From Calcarisporiella thermophila CBS 279.70 (Eukaryota > Fungi > Calcarisporiellomycota): a stretch of DNA of 63,708 nucleotides. The stretch's first letter is position 1, and each line of letters opens with the position of its first letter. Below the pieces are notes generated by a model. That model worked only from the letters and a program-made list of their open reading frames with translations. It did no database searches and had not been told where the DNA came from. Shown in pieces: positions 49,773-63,590 of the stretch. The stretch covers positions 2,550-66,257 of the forward strand of contig NW_027192233.1 in NCBI RefSeq assembly GCF_041956535.1, read 5' to 3'. The position numbers and the translations under genes are program-made.

Positions 49773-51304
49773 CTTGAGTGATTGGTATATAGAGAACTTG
49801 CCCTGACTAAAGTTGCTTTTCCCCATATAGGCAGGTCGACTGCGCCTTAAAGCCGATTTGAAATCTTAAAGAAAATACCAACGCGAAGTCGAAACCACAC
49901 TAGATTACCCTATATGATAGTGATAAATCAGGATTTTACTGAGAGCCTCTCTGATTTACCAAGCCGCCCATTTGTCAACTATAGCCATTATAAAAGCACT
50001 CTTAATACATCTATTGGTTGCGAAAGCGGGTTGGGGTCACTAGGGCTGAGTCTCGACGTGTCGAGCAGCCCACTAGTGATTTTTAATCCATTGTGTGGCA
50101 TGTTTGATCTCTCGGCGGCAGATATTCGAGCAATCGCAGCCGAGTAGACCTAACCTCAAGGCCGCACACCTGGTGTCACTGCCTATGAAGGGCCTAGAAT
50201 GGCCAATGTGCCCTGCCATTGCGCATGGCTCATGGCTATAGATCTCTCGACCTAGATCTCAGAGGTTGATTGCGAGACAGAGGCTTTCGGGTAGCACACC
50301 ATCGTAGCTTCACTAATGTAAATAGTAGCGGCAGGCGACTACCGCCGGTTTGACGGGGGATGATCTGTGGCTTTCTGAAAGTTTAAACTAGAAACTCCGA
50401 TATCGAAATTCACAACGAACTTTGAGAGAGCCTTCAGTTCCTTGAAAGCTCTCCATGGACGTTAGAGCTAGAACCATGGCGATGACCCACAGCGGGACAG
50501 TCTGGTGGATGGGAGAGATCCGTATTGGTATGCAAGTTCAGATCGTTCCGCAATCTCGGCTGGCAATGGACCATCCTAAACCCAGGTAAAACGCCGGTTC
50601 TGGTCTGATTCGAGGTGGAGATATTGGGTGTCACCACCTTTCCCCGAAGGCCTTCCTGAAATCAAGGCAATAGCGAGCCAGAGCCGCTCATGACGGGAGG
50701 GGCGGCGGCGGGCGGATGCGAAGCCATCCAAAGCCCAGAGCGAAACCGCCCGGGCCTGGCAATGGAACGAACAAAGGGAATTTTTGCGAATTTTGCGGAG
50801 CTGCGATCACAGACGGAAGAAGTAATTGCATTGCTTTAATAACAAGCTTGGAAATTCCAGCTTCGGCCAATTGGAGGCCAACTTCTAAATTAAACGTAAA
50901 AAAAACAATCATTATTTCCTTCTTCACACATCTTCGCGCCTCCCCCTTCTTTCCCTCCCTCCGGATCGAATCCAGCAAAATATCTCACTGTCTCAACAAC
51001 GAGTCCTACTCGCTCTTTTTATTTGGTCTCCTCATTAACGTTGCATGCGCATCGCTCTTTCCTCTCTCTCCGGCCATTGCCTCTCCACGCTCTCTCCCTT
51101 CACCACCCACATACGCGCTAATTTTGTATCGATTGTTCCCCCGAGGATCATCAAGGTACGTTGAAATCTTCCGAACCTCATCTCTCCCATCCATCGACGC
51201 TTAATCTGCGTCTCCTCACCTATTCAACAGGCGTCGCTACCAGTCTACGCTTCTTCTCTCCGGATATCCATGAAGTGCCCACGATACCAATAGGATATAC
51301 CAGT

Positions 51305-52025
51305 ATGTTACGTCCCGTTCTCTTACCAGCAGTGCACGCAGAGATGCGCCGTGCCATCGACATCAATCTCAACCCGGTGGATAACAATAAACCGCCGCCA
51401 TCTCCGGACCAGAATCAGAATAATGGCAACCCCAATAACAACAATGGGAATAATGCGAAAGATCCTAACGAGGCTCCCACCGTACAGCCGAATAAGCCTC
51501 CCGCATCTACGCAGCCGCCAGTCTCCGAACCACCCCCCATCACCTCTACTATCACTCTGACCCCCAGTCGCACACCACCTCCCGCCACTTCCCGACCCGC
51601 CACCACCACCTCGGCTAAACCCGTGGTAACGAGTGGAACCATCACATCCTATGTCACAGTACCGCCACCCAGCGAAGCTCTGCCTGGCCCTACTGCGGCA
51701 GCGCAGCAGGTGCAGCCGAAAGATGACGGCAGCGGCGGTCAGCTCGTCACGGCAGGAATAGCAATTGGATGTGTGGTCGTAGCGGCTGCCATTGGGATCT
51801 GGATTTTCAGAAAATGGAAACTCTCGGTAGATATTAACGGAGCGCATTGGATTGGGCATCTTTGAGCTAGAAATGGTGTATTGACTCTTTCCTCCCTCTT
51901 CTTTTTTTTTTTTCTATTAGCCGTCGCGCGATTTCAAGGAGAAGATACAAGGGGGAGGGAACCCTTTCCGACAACGAACACACGAATCAGATACAGTGTT
52001 CCTACGTGAGCTGCAGGAACCATAG
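51305..52025 (+). CDS. Single-pass membrane protein with Pro/Thr-rich ectodomain; exons 51305-51826 and 51921-52025
   Basis: Low-complexity N/P/T region, TM AGIAIGCVVVAAAIGIWIF, then RKWKLS|PSRDFKEKI..DTVFLRELQEP*; in-frame GT-AG intron. Start codon uncertain. Confidence 0.75.
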
Positions 52026-54176
52026 TATTTATTTCTTACCATCCTCCACCCCATCCCTTCTCTCGCTTCCCCCGCCTCTTCCTCCACCACCCCCGTCGCT
52101 GCCGCCTTCGCCGCCACCTTTTTCTTTGCTTCTATTTGTGAGATTTTTCATAAACCTACTATCATACAGATATCTTTTTAAGTCCTTTTTATTATGATTT
52201 TTAACTTCTTGCTATATTCTTGCTATTGTTATTATTGGTTTCTTTTCTTATCAACCCTTTTCTCTACCTTGTCCTACCTCTAGTCTTTTTTCACTCTTTT
52301 TTGCTTGTTTCAAAGGCTCTCAATCTTAAACACTTTCCAAATGGATATCAAATACTGTGTGAATGAATGAGATTTCTGGCCAAGGTGGGATGAATTCAGC
52401 GAGCCATGGTTTCCTCTTAGCTATTGTAATAGTGAATGGGAGTTATTTTGACGTGTATTGCAATATACTGTTTTTTTTTATACATGCAATGGGATGGATA
52501 AAGATGATCTCGAAAGGTGTAATTCACCTTGTTTATTATTCCATAGTGTAGATGGCATCGAGCCCAAGTGGGATTACCCTAGGACCCTCCTTAATTCCCC
52601 CTGTTGGCAGCCCAATTCGACCTGAATTTCATATGATCCGATTTAGGAAGCTATTAAAACTGCGAAAGGACTATTGGGATTTTTCAAGGAATTACGATAG
52701 ACCTCAAGGAATTCAAGCCCGATGCTCTCATCTCACGTCCAAGCCATGATCCCCTCTTGCAGAGCAACGGCACAGAAAGACGCGTCACATTGGATCCACC
52801 TCCCGTAGGATGCTGCCTACGGGTAGCCATTATAGAACAGGCCATGGGAAATTATTCGATTCAGAAGCAACATCGTCGCCTTCGCTCAATCCTCCCCTTT
52901 CCTTACCGTAAGTGCACCATTCGCTTCCCCCAGAGCTACCTGGATTCCATCCACTCTTGTCCATCTCTTTTTATTAGGATAGTTGTAATATGTTGGTGAC
53001 TCTGCAAATATCAGTCAAAGCGTGGGAGACAATTCTTGAATATGTATCAGCGGAATTAAGGAACCCTGCGTTTGTTGGAGAGTTGTCACTCCGCGTATTA
53101 ACAGATATGCGTAGGTTGCGTTATTTCAACTGCAGTTTGAATTATGTGGGCAATTCCATCCTCTCGCCTAAGGCGCAATAGGAGCAAAGTAAACTTCGTT
53201 GACACTATTGTCATTGAACTAAACTGGAGATGTAGTCACTCGGCCGACAGATGAATGATACTCAAGGGCTAACTCGCTCCAAACAGCTCAATTATTTTGT
53301 AGATGAAAAGATCTTGCACTGCCAACAATTTTGCACAAACCCCTATTTTGAAAAGATGGATAGAATTCGAGCAAAAAAAAGCCAGTGTTTCCCCTACTCC
53401 CTCACATCTTGGTATAAATAAATGCGATTCTCTGAGTCATTCATTCGTAAGGAATGCAAACCCGTGTGTATACAATTCATCTCCGGATTTTCCCTTAACC
53501 TATATTCTCACACAACCGCTCCACTGAAGATTCTCAACCTGATGATGCTCTACTATTGCCTTGACGGAATGTAAAATGTTGCATGTGCCCAGGTCTTGAT
53601 TATTGTTTGCATTAAAGATAAGTCCCATTTGAGACTAGAGTCCTCGCTGTTTTTATTTTTTTAATTAATGGATTGCCATGCAATGGATCTCGACCGTCGG
53701 AGTGGGGGGTGCATTGCATATTAGAAGCATATTAATTGCAAATCGACAACTGGATAGAAAACTGGTATACCAGAGCAAGTCGCCTCAGAGGTGAAGAGGA
53801 TGCTGAGACGTACAAGTTTGAATTTGAAAACATTCCCAAACCCTTAGTCTAGCCCAATAGCCCACATCTCCCTGCCCAAAGGAGATGTAAAACGTGCTAG
53901 GATTCATGACTCGATCATGAATACGCTGACTCTCAAATACTCGCTGACTCCCGAAATTGTAATCCTGTCTTACTCGAGGCAGCCGTGTGACTTTGAATTT
54001 TTTAACTCTTTTCATCTAATTTCTCGCAACTCGCTCTTCTTCTGAATCCGCTTCCTGAATTCATTCTAATTCCATTTGGCTCTCTATCATTAATCTTCAC
54101 CCGCCACTCCACCAAGCTCCTTCCTCCCCCTCCCCTCCCTCACCCCTCCCCTGCATTTCACAGCCACTAATTATCC

Positions 54177-55022
54177 ATGGAGAGCGACAAGTCTACGTCA
54201 AGTGATCAAGCTTCCGATGCCAGCATTAGCGAGAAGCCACTTATTCGCATATCGCCTCCACAGTTTGACTTTCTTCGTAAGTAATCTCCATTTGTCTCAG
54301 AAGCTTGCATGCCATCTAAATTGCCTTTCGCTATGAAATCATTTTCTAGCTTCGAGAAATGGTAATGGCTATGTGAGCCGGCTCTCTATTCGTAATATGC
54401 TCGGCAACTCAATTGGGTTTAAATTTAAGGTAATTTTGCCGCTTTTTTCATTGAATCTAAGAAGGAATCCAACCATTGACCCCGCAATCTGTTTCCATCT
54501 CAGACAAACGCACCTACGCGCTACAGCGTAAAGCCTGTGCTGGCGACCTTGGGTCCTCACGAGTCCCTTGAGATTTATGTACGAAGTGATTCGGAGGTCA
54601 AACCCGGGGACAAATTTTTGATGCAGAGCATCTCCCTCACCGATGAGGAGGCGCGTCAACTAGACGCACGATTTTGGCGCGAGTTGGACCGGCGGAGAGT
54701 TATGGAAAACCTGATAGCATGCCGGGTCGCGCAGCCGCCAGTGGCGGCCAGACCGGAGCAGGAGATGAAGAAAAACAGCAGAGGAGAGGTAAGTTGATGT
54801 GATTGGAATTCAAGCAAGCGTATGCACGGCTAAATGAGCATCCACCCTCCTCCTTCCTCTCATTAGAAACTCGACTCCGCACTTCATTGGATGTTCGCGG
54901 TGCGCTATACGAGAATTCAGCTGTTGATTATCTCTTTTCTGTGTATTCTAGTAGGGTTCATCCTCCCAATCGAACGATATATCCACGTCTTCTATGGCGG
55001 TGAAATGGAAGATCGGCTTTAG
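54177..55022 (+). CDS. MSP-domain tail-anchored protein (VAP/MOSPD-like), 4 exons
   Basis: LSIRN..IGFKFKTNAPTRYSVKP..DKFLMQS; C-terminal TM LLIISFLCILVGFILP. Confidence 0.85.
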
Positions 55023-56304
55023 CTGCTTCCTCAATTTATTTCTCAGTCGCTTCTATTCTTGTCTCATTGTTTTGTATAAACTTGTCTGTTCACTTGCCGT
55101 CCGATCCCAATTCATCCATTTTCTTAGTGTATTTCTTCACCAGTCTATCTTCATCCTCTCTACCACTTCTGTTTTTTTATCTTCCTCACAGTCTTCTTGC
55201 TCTCTAATTCCTTTATCCATTACTGACGTTTAGTTGCTGTTTTGTAACCTTTACATCATTCACGCATACAAACAAAGTAGTTTCGAATTAAGTAATTTCT
55301 CTTAATAGATTTCTCAAACACATAGGAAAGCCTAAGCATACAAAGTTATGGAGATTGAGTCGTAATTCGAGCGGAGACCCACTTTGGTTCTAGTTGAACG
55401 TAAGTCCAATAAATATGTGCCTTTCATTAGGTTGTAGGCCATCTTGGCTGAAGGGATATTGCAGAGTTCTGGAGATCATAGAGATTCATCGTGGCTTTGC
55501 GCACTTGTTGCCCATCCTTAATTTTCATTCAGTACTCGTGGCATCTTCTCTATGCAATGTCGTTGAATCTGCACTTAAAAACATGAAAAAAAATGAAATA
55601 TTTAATTAGATTCTTTTAATCTAATAGAAATGGAATTTAACAAACGAACCATTGATGAACCAATTTTATTTCTGGACGCTAATTTGGAGAGGATATTTAA
55701 TTACACAATCGAAGCAGGTAGGGGAAAAGATGCGACAGGTTACCGGTGCTCTCAATGACCACAGCAGCTCTCCAACTAGATGGGGTGGAAAATACGCGTT
55801 GTCTAATAGAGCAAGTGGCCTTATTCATGCTTGGCTGTAAAGGTTTAGCCACGAAGGAGATGCTTTTTGAGAAATTCTGTAGGCAATAATCCAGGCTTGA
55901 CATAATACCTGAAGCCTCCTCACTTTTGGATGGGGAAAAATGGTGGAATAGCCGGAGCCTACCATTCAACATTGTATTATCCTCTGGGAATTTGAAGGAT
56001 GGATAGAATATTGAGTTAATTCATCTTTTGGAGAATTATGGGGAATTCTCGGAATGAAAATGTATAGTTTTTCGATCACGATGCAAGTGAACAGCCAAGC
56101 TTTCATTCGTTCAAGGTGCGCCTCACCCATTGTTTCCATTACTTCAAGTTCACTGTCTCCAATAGACTCTATTGGAGACAGAGCGCGTGAAGCACAGTAG
56201 TATCAAAACTATGTCAAAACTGATCTCAAATAATACCGATTATATTCAAATTAGATTACATCCATATATAATAAATATTTACTCTGTGCTAAACACACTT
56301 TCAA

Positions 56305-58545
56305 TCACCCCCGTAATCGTGCCTTCTTCCGCTCCTTCTGCGCCCTCGAGCTAACATCGGCAGAGAAAGAGGAAGAAACCGGGTGGGCAGGGGCAAGGTA
56401 TTGAGCTATTCCTCGAAGGCCAAACAGACGCTGCATTCTCTGAAAAGTCGATATTTTCGTGGCCTCTTGTTGGCTATTGTTGGTAGTCGCCACAAAGGAT
56501 AGGCGATTAAGCTTGTTTCGATGTGGGTTGGACCGGAGGCTTGGAGGAGAGAGCGAGGCCCTCACGGTGGGAACTTCCCGTTGCTCTGGCATGATGTCAG
56601 CTTGGAATCGGAGAGGTGTATTCCATCGGAGCGAGTGGTCATCTTCCCGTTGATTTGCTCTTGAGAGAGGCGGAGGTTGTCGCGCGAACATAACGTTGTC
56701 ACTTCTTCTAATAAGTTCGGGTGCTGAGTCTGAGGATGCCAAGTTGGAAGAATAGGGCTCCAATAAGGGGTGTATGACAGGTAAAGTTTGTTCAGAAGAG
56801 GTGAGCCCGTCGTGTAAAGGACTTTTCTCAATGATTGATGACGCGGTCGAAGATGGGTCCTGCAGTTCGCTCTCTGTGATTTCTTCAGAAGCAGTAGAGG
56901 GGGTGGGAATAGGTTCGAGCGCAGTCCTTTTCATTGCTTCCTTTGCCTTCTTCTTTTCATTCGATTCAGGGATCGCCTTCGCCGCTCCACGCCTGTACCT
57001 TACATATTCTCTTCTCTCCCTCATCACCCAAGACCTCCCATTCTTTCCGTGTTGAGAGGATTCTTTGCGGTCTATTTTTGATATCTCGCAGGGCGCTATG
57101 GTTCTTCGTCGTCCCCAGCGCAATCCTTTTGTGTCACGTTTCTCCACGCCTTTCCCTTTGACTGCGCTGCCTTCAAAGTCATCATTGGGAATGCTTTCGT
57201 CCTTCTGCTGCCATTCTTTCCCATTATTATGATGGGTATCAACAATAACTACTTGTAATAGGTCATCTTGGTCATAGAGCGGCCGAATGATGGGGAGACT
57301 CTTGCTCCGAGCTACAGGTCTGTTCTGGGGACGTATTCCTTTATTCCGTGGGGAACTTCTCTTTGGGCTTGATGGTTTCTCGCCCTTCGGCGCCTTCTCG
57401 GTAAATATGCTAGGGGTATCATTTTGGGACGGGATCTGTTTGAGCTCCTCCTCAACGCCTTTAGAGGAGTTCGCTGAGATTTGCTTGTTAAATGCGTGTA
57501 TAGGCAAGGGAGGCGGGGGTCCAAGCGCCGCCATTGTGGTATACTGTGGGATAGAGAACTTTGACTGGTGTTCTATCAAGAAAGAGATCACGCGCTGGGA
57601 AAGTCGGTATTCTGTGGGAGCTAGCATTGGAGGTGCAAGAATCCCCGGCGCAAATACAGATGCCAGATTATTTGCATCCATGCGGTTCCACCGGCTATTG
57701 ACGGCAAAGACGGAGAGAAGATCCAATAAATAGAGCAAAAGGTACTGGTGCGGTAGTGGTATTTGCTCGATGAGCGACTGAAAGGCTAGCACACGGCCCT
57801 CTTCTGACATCTCTTTACCTAGTTCAGAGGCAAACAACAGAAGAGGTTATCTCCTTTGAATAAAGCTCAAATGCAATGAAAAGCATATCTAACCCATCAC
57901 AGAGAGAAAAGAGGAATAAAAGTTATGAGGTATAATAGGTACTGGCAAATAGTTGATAAATCGCCTCAAGATATTCGCCGCGTCATGCACACTGTATCCC
58001 CGCCAATTCAAGTCGGAGCCGTAGGTGGGAGGAGTATCAAAAATGTCCTGCAAACAGCCAACTCGTTTAGCAGACCCGGATATACGGAATATACCTTCAA
58101 CGAATACCGCTTTATAAAGAAAAAAAAAGGAAAAAACTTCGTCAGCCCTAACGCAATGTTGTCGATTGTGCCAAGAACTACCTTGGGACTTTAGAAATGA
58201 TCCACATTTGGCCACTATGATGGGTATATAGCCATAGCACTGCTCGTTACCATCCACATAACTGATTGGAACGCAAGCATAGGCGGCCAATGTCATAAGC
58301 GGAACTCCAAATAGATATCCCGCTGCAGAGTGTCCAGAGCATGAAATCAATCAAAACAATGTCATAATAATTCGTTAATGTGAGCCATTCATCAATTTCG
58401 TTGAATTATGAATTTAACTACATTTCTTTATCATGAGCCCCGAATCAAATACATTACTTGGGGTCGCATGGGTAGGGGATGGCGGAACATCCATGTTTGA
58501 CCGCGAACGGCGCCAGAACTTCCACTTTGCCGTGGATTTTGACAT
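56305..58545 (-). CDS. Rho GTPase-activating protein, Sac7/Rga5-like
   Basis: LFGVPL..GYIPIIVAKCGSFLK..VEGIFRISGSAKR..YSVHDAANILRRF..NRMDANNLASVFAPGIL; long disordered C-terminus. Confidence 0.9.
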
Positions 58546-59341
58546 AATTAGAGTGAAGAGTGGGAGAAAGGAGACAACGGTTCAAAAGAGATTCTCTTCA
58601 ATGGTACCCAATTCCACCAGAGAACAGAGCATACATAGTTTGTTGTTCATAAAATGGCTAATCCCTTTGATGTTTTTTTTTACCTGCTTTCCTTTTTTCA
58701 AAGAAAACTTGAGCAATAGGACTTTCTAATTCAGGCCTGAGTTTTGTTTGCCCTCAGGTGGCTGTCATTATTTTAAATTTAGTCTATGGCTCTCAATCTG
58801 ACACTCTCGCAATAGCCTGGCGCGGATAGTCTGTGCATGTCCAAAAGCCACGTAGGTTTTCTAATCATCACCTTTTTTTCCTTTTCATATCTCTAATTGA
58901 GAAATCTTGTGGTATACCAAGCCCTGTGAATTAATAATAAAAGATCGCTTTTTTTGGGAGGATTGTATTACTATACTGAATGACCGTTCAAGTATCGATC
59001 TATTGAGAATATAGTGGATTGAAAGTCGAGTAATCATTCAACCACCGTAAAATTTTGGATGCACCGTTTATAAGTTATTATTTTCTTTTGTAATCCTATG
59101 TAGCGCGTCTATATTGCATTCATATATTTATCCTTTTGCATTGAGCGCTACGGGCTAAGTGTTATCCGATTTTTGTATAGTTGCCTATCCAGCGAGACCA
59201 ATCACCGGATACTTGGACCAATACGTCACTCTTTTTTTTTTCCAACATCCGATTGTATTTACTGTTCTGTTTTGTTCATCCTCCTTGAGTAACTTTTTCT
59301 TCTTGTCAATTATCGTCGGGTGGGGATCGTACAATAAAACA

Positions 59342-60640
59342 ATGTTCCTTACCAGGTCTACTGTTGCGCTTCGCTCTCTTAGCATCAAGGTATACCGTTT
59401 TCAGTGGAGCACGATGCAAAGCAAGCTATTAATGAATTCTATTTTGTAATGTGTATCTAGGCGACTGCCGCTCGTGCATTTTCATCAGCTACCGATGCCT
59501 TCCCCACTACCCGCGAAAACCTTACTGAAGCTTTCAAAGGAACCAAAAATGCCGACGTAATTAGATTTTATTATCCACCTTATTCTTTACACCTAAATTA
59601 ATGAATTCGATTATGAATTTTTTTTTCTGGGTTAACAGGGTAATTACACAGTGACTCTAATTCCTGGTGATGGCATTGGACCTGAGATCTCCAAGTCCGT
59701 GGTCCAGATTTTCAAGGAAGCTAAAGCGCCTATTGAATGGGAGCCTGTCGATGTTACCCCCGTTATCAAGAACGGAAAGACTGCAATCCCGGACGAGGCT
59801 ATTGAATCCGTCCGCAAAAACACCGTCGCCTTGAAGGGTCCCCTCGCTACTCCAATTGGCAAGGGTCATGTCTCTCTAAATCTGACTCTACGTCGCACCT
59901 TCAACCTGTATGCTAATGTGCGCCCTTGCAAATCGATTGTTGGATACAAAACCCTCTACGATAATGTCGACACAGTTCTTATCCGCGAAAACACTGAGGG
60001 CGAATACTCCGGTATTGAACACGAGGTGGTCAATGGTGTCGTCCAGTCCATCAAATTGATCACAAGGGAAGCTTCGGAGCGCGTGGCTCGTTACGCATTC
60101 ACCTATGCAAGCGAAGTTGGACGTGAACGCGTCACAGCCGTACACAAGGCCAACATCATGAAGATGTCCGATGGTATGTTCCTTGACGCCTGCGAGCGTG
60201 TTTCTCGAGACTTCCCTGGTATCCAATTCGATGAGGTGCTTCTCGACCGTGCTTGCCTGCACATCACCCAGGATCCCTCTCTATACAAGGACACCGTCAT
60301 GGTAATGCCCAACTTGTATGGTGATATCTTGTCAGACATGTGCGCCGGTCTTATTGGCGGTTTAGGGTTGACCCCATCCGGAAACATCGGCCGCGACGCT
60401 TCGATCTTCGAGGCTGTCCACGGCACTGCCCCCGATATTGCCGGCCAGGACAAGGCGAACCCGACTGCTCTCCTTCTCTCCGCCATCATGATGTTGCGTC
60501 ACATGCGCCTGACGGACTATGCTGAGCGAATCGAGCGTGCTGTGCTCAAGACCATTGCCGACGGTAAGGTGCTCACTGGAGATCTTGGTGGTCGGTCGAC
60601 CAACACGGAGTTCACCAAGGAGATTATTCGCAATCTCTAA
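59342..60640 (+). CDS. IDH2: NAD-dependent isocitrate dehydrogenase catalytic subunit 2, mitochondrial (3 exons)
   Basis: Presequence [16 protein letters not shown]; [45 protein letters not shown] (catalytic-subunit Asp pair), [13 protein letters not shown]. Confidence 0.96.
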
Positions 60641-61045
60641 GCCGTTTTTATCTATTGTTTTAAAAATATTTATCCCTTATTCCCATTTCTCCTCCATCCC
60701 TCGTACTTTGCCATCCTCCCCTAATCTTCCTAGGGATTGAATTACAAGTTTCTATAGACCTTTCTTGCCTCCCTCTATTTATACACAAAAATGAAATCCT
60801 TCCTAGACGAGGTTACCAAATACAATACACTCTTTGCTATTTATCGGCAGTTTTTTGAAAAACGAGTACTGGTATTGTATATGATACTATATAAATAGAC
60901 GGGGAAAATATAGATAAGAAGAAACGCAAGAGTAAAGACAAAGAATGGAGGAAAGAGGGGGAAATTGTTTGGAGAAGAAGCAGTATTAGGTGTATGGAAG
61001 AATAGCAATGTTCATCTATTAAATAACTTGCTGAATAATATTTGC

Positions 61046-61846
61046 TCAATCATTTCTTGGAATTGGCTTGGAGATATCTATAGCCGAATACTTTGGCGGT
61101 AGATCGGCCACTTCCACTGAAGGGGCAGATGGGGTCGGTCCAGGCTCAGAGACTATGTTAGGTGGAGCAACGGAGAAGTGTGGGGGGTAAGCCGTCGTGG
61201 GAGCAAAAGTTGTTAGCGTGGGCGAAGAGTACACCAGCTTGACGGTCAGATTTTTTCGCTTCTTTTCCTTTGAACTAGGAGGACCTGATCCAGATCGTTC
61301 CATACACCAGGAGATCTGGTGTTTGGGGGTGTCCTCCTGATTAAAACGTTTGAGTAGCAATAGAAGGGCCGGAATAAACTTCGAAAATAAAATGTAGAAT
61401 TAGCATAAGAAACTCACCGAAAACATAATGATCTCTACCTGATGCTCATATACTTTTATACACCGCCGTCGATGGAAATAAGTGAAAATCCCCAGTGAAG
61501 GTAAGAAAAAGAGTAGGATGGGTAGAGACACGTACCACTTTGCAAAACTAAATGAGACGCTCACAACTGTGATGACAATTCCATACGCCAAAATAGCAAC
61601 ATATCGAGGCCACTCTGCTACGTTGTATTTTTCAACGAGAACTGAGTCAAGCTCTTTTCGACGAGCATCGAAGAGTTCACCTGGAATCTTAACCAAAAAA
61701 AAGCTTAGTAGACATGGAGTAGCAATAAATGAGAGTAAAAATACCAAAGTATCCGCCAAATAAGAGCTATAACTCGAGAGAATGAAGTTATATCCTCTCC
61801 AACCATCTCTCTCTAGATCAATACTGGCGATTATTTGGGTATTCAT
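61046..61846 (-). CDS. Hypothetical two-TM membrane protein with C-terminal PPxY motif (about 3 exons)
   Basis: Two hydrophobic helices (VAILAYGIVITVVSVSFSF; VSLPILLFFLPSLGIFTYF), Pro-rich tail with LPPKYS. Confidence 0.6.
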
Positions 61847-62116
61847 CGATCGTTTATTCTCTACTTTTTAAATCAATGTACAAGTTGAGTAAATAAAATA
61901 GCTTATAGTCCAATAACCCACGTGGCTGTGCGAGTACAAATCTTGGCAGCAAGAGTTTAAATTGATAAAATTGTATATTTTATTCTAGATTACTTCAGAG
62001 ATATGTTGTAGGAATTTCAAGATAAAGATAAAAGAAGAGCAGGAAAAAAAGGGAAGATAAAAGTAAGATTATTGTGTCGCAGAGGATGAAAATGCATCGA
62101 GGAATAAAAATTTACA

Positions 62117-63590
62117 TTAGTCAGAGTCATAGTTAAATTTAATACTATGACTTCCCTCTGTGTCAATTTGGCCCCCACGATATGAACCACGCTTTTTCTT
62201 GTTCTTTTCCTGTCTGAATCCTTTCCCGCGGGTCTTAATCAAGTCCAAGTGTGCCTTGTATCCATAAGAGTTTTGGTCGGAACCCCCCTTGGAGACATAG
62301 GTATTGTCTTTGAGGCGCTCGTCGAGGAATTCCACTTCTTCAGCTCGCACTCTTTGGAATCGCTTGGGCTCCGATTTTGGTTCCTTTTTACCATTTATAT
62401 GACCATTAGCATTTGGTGTTTCACAGTTCGCTGCTCTACGTTTTCCAGGCGCAGATTTAGGAGTGTGAGTAATCCCATTAGAAGCGGGCGTAGATGGAAC
62501 GCTAAAAATACAGAGGTAAACAGTCAGATAAGCATATAGATAATTTGAATGAATATTTTCTAATGTCAATTCAACCAACTGGGGAGAATTGAATGATTTT
62601 TTAAAAAGATCAAAAATTACCTGCAGGCTATGCAGGTAGATATGAGCGAAAGATAGAGATGTCGACTCAATTGTTAAAATCTGACAGAAGCTTACCTCTC
62701 TTCAATTTTCTGCTTCTTTTTAGTAGGCTTCTCTGCCTCGCTTTCACTACTATCATCGCTAGAGTCTGAAGAACTTTCACTATCTGATTCAGTGTCCTCA
62801 CGTTTACGCTTGTTGCCTAAAAACGTGCAAAGTCTAAGTAACTCCCTGTAATTGCAGATAGTTTTGATATTTACTCTCTTTTGGTTTCTCTTTGGGAGCC
62901 TCTTCTTCACTCTCTGAAGAGGAGTCACTTTCACTTTCACTTTCACTTTCTGAAGATGAACCATCACTTTCGCTTTCCTTTTCTACTTCGCTCTCTGAAG
63001 AAGAATCGCTATCACTCTCTGAAGAAGAAGAATCGCTTTCGCTCGCTTTCTCTGCTTCGCTTTCTGAAGAGGAATCGCTCTCACTCTCCGAAGATGAAGG
63101 GTTGACTTCACTAGCTTTCTCTTCTTCACTTTCTGAGGATGAAGAATCGCCATCGCTTTCTTTTTCTGCCTCACTCTCCGAGGATGAAGAGTCCTCATCA
63201 CTCTCTTTCTCTGCTTCACTCCCTGAGGATGAATCACTCTCAGACGATGAACTTGACTCTGAATCAGAAGATTCAGACTCACTCTCTGAGCCGTTTGGAT
63301 TTTTAGTTTCATCTTCGCTTGATTCCGATTCCGCATCACTATCACATACAATAAAAATTTGTCAATAATCCAATGCAGTATTATTGTAAGAAGAAAGCAA
63401 AAAACACTCACGATTCTTCAACTTCAGCTAGAGTGTTGAATAGCTCGCTAAGCTTCTTTCCGCCTAGAGCGTTTTCTTGCTTCTGCTCTGGCTTGAGCTG
63501 CTTTGCCATCACAGCAGCGGCCTTAGGATAGCCATTCTCTTTGAGATAATTGTATACAAGAGCAGCAAGATCTGCCTTTATTGGCGCCAT
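62117..63590 (-). CDS. SRP40: Nucleolar Srp40/Nopp140 protein (LisH, Ser/acidic repeats, SRP40_C)
   Basis: [11 protein letters not shown] (LisH); repeated acidic SSSE/ESE blocks; [50 protein letters not shown]. Confidence 0.94.

Noticed and set aside
49900-53900. Short ORFs in the intergenic regions flanking the single-pass membrane gene
   Set aside because: No motifs or coherent splice structure; likely promoter/UTR sequence.
62892-63368. Ser/Leu/Glu repeat ORF on the + strand and apparent tandem repeats
   Set aside because: Antisense of the normal SRP40 Ser/acidic repeats; not a CRISPR or separate element.
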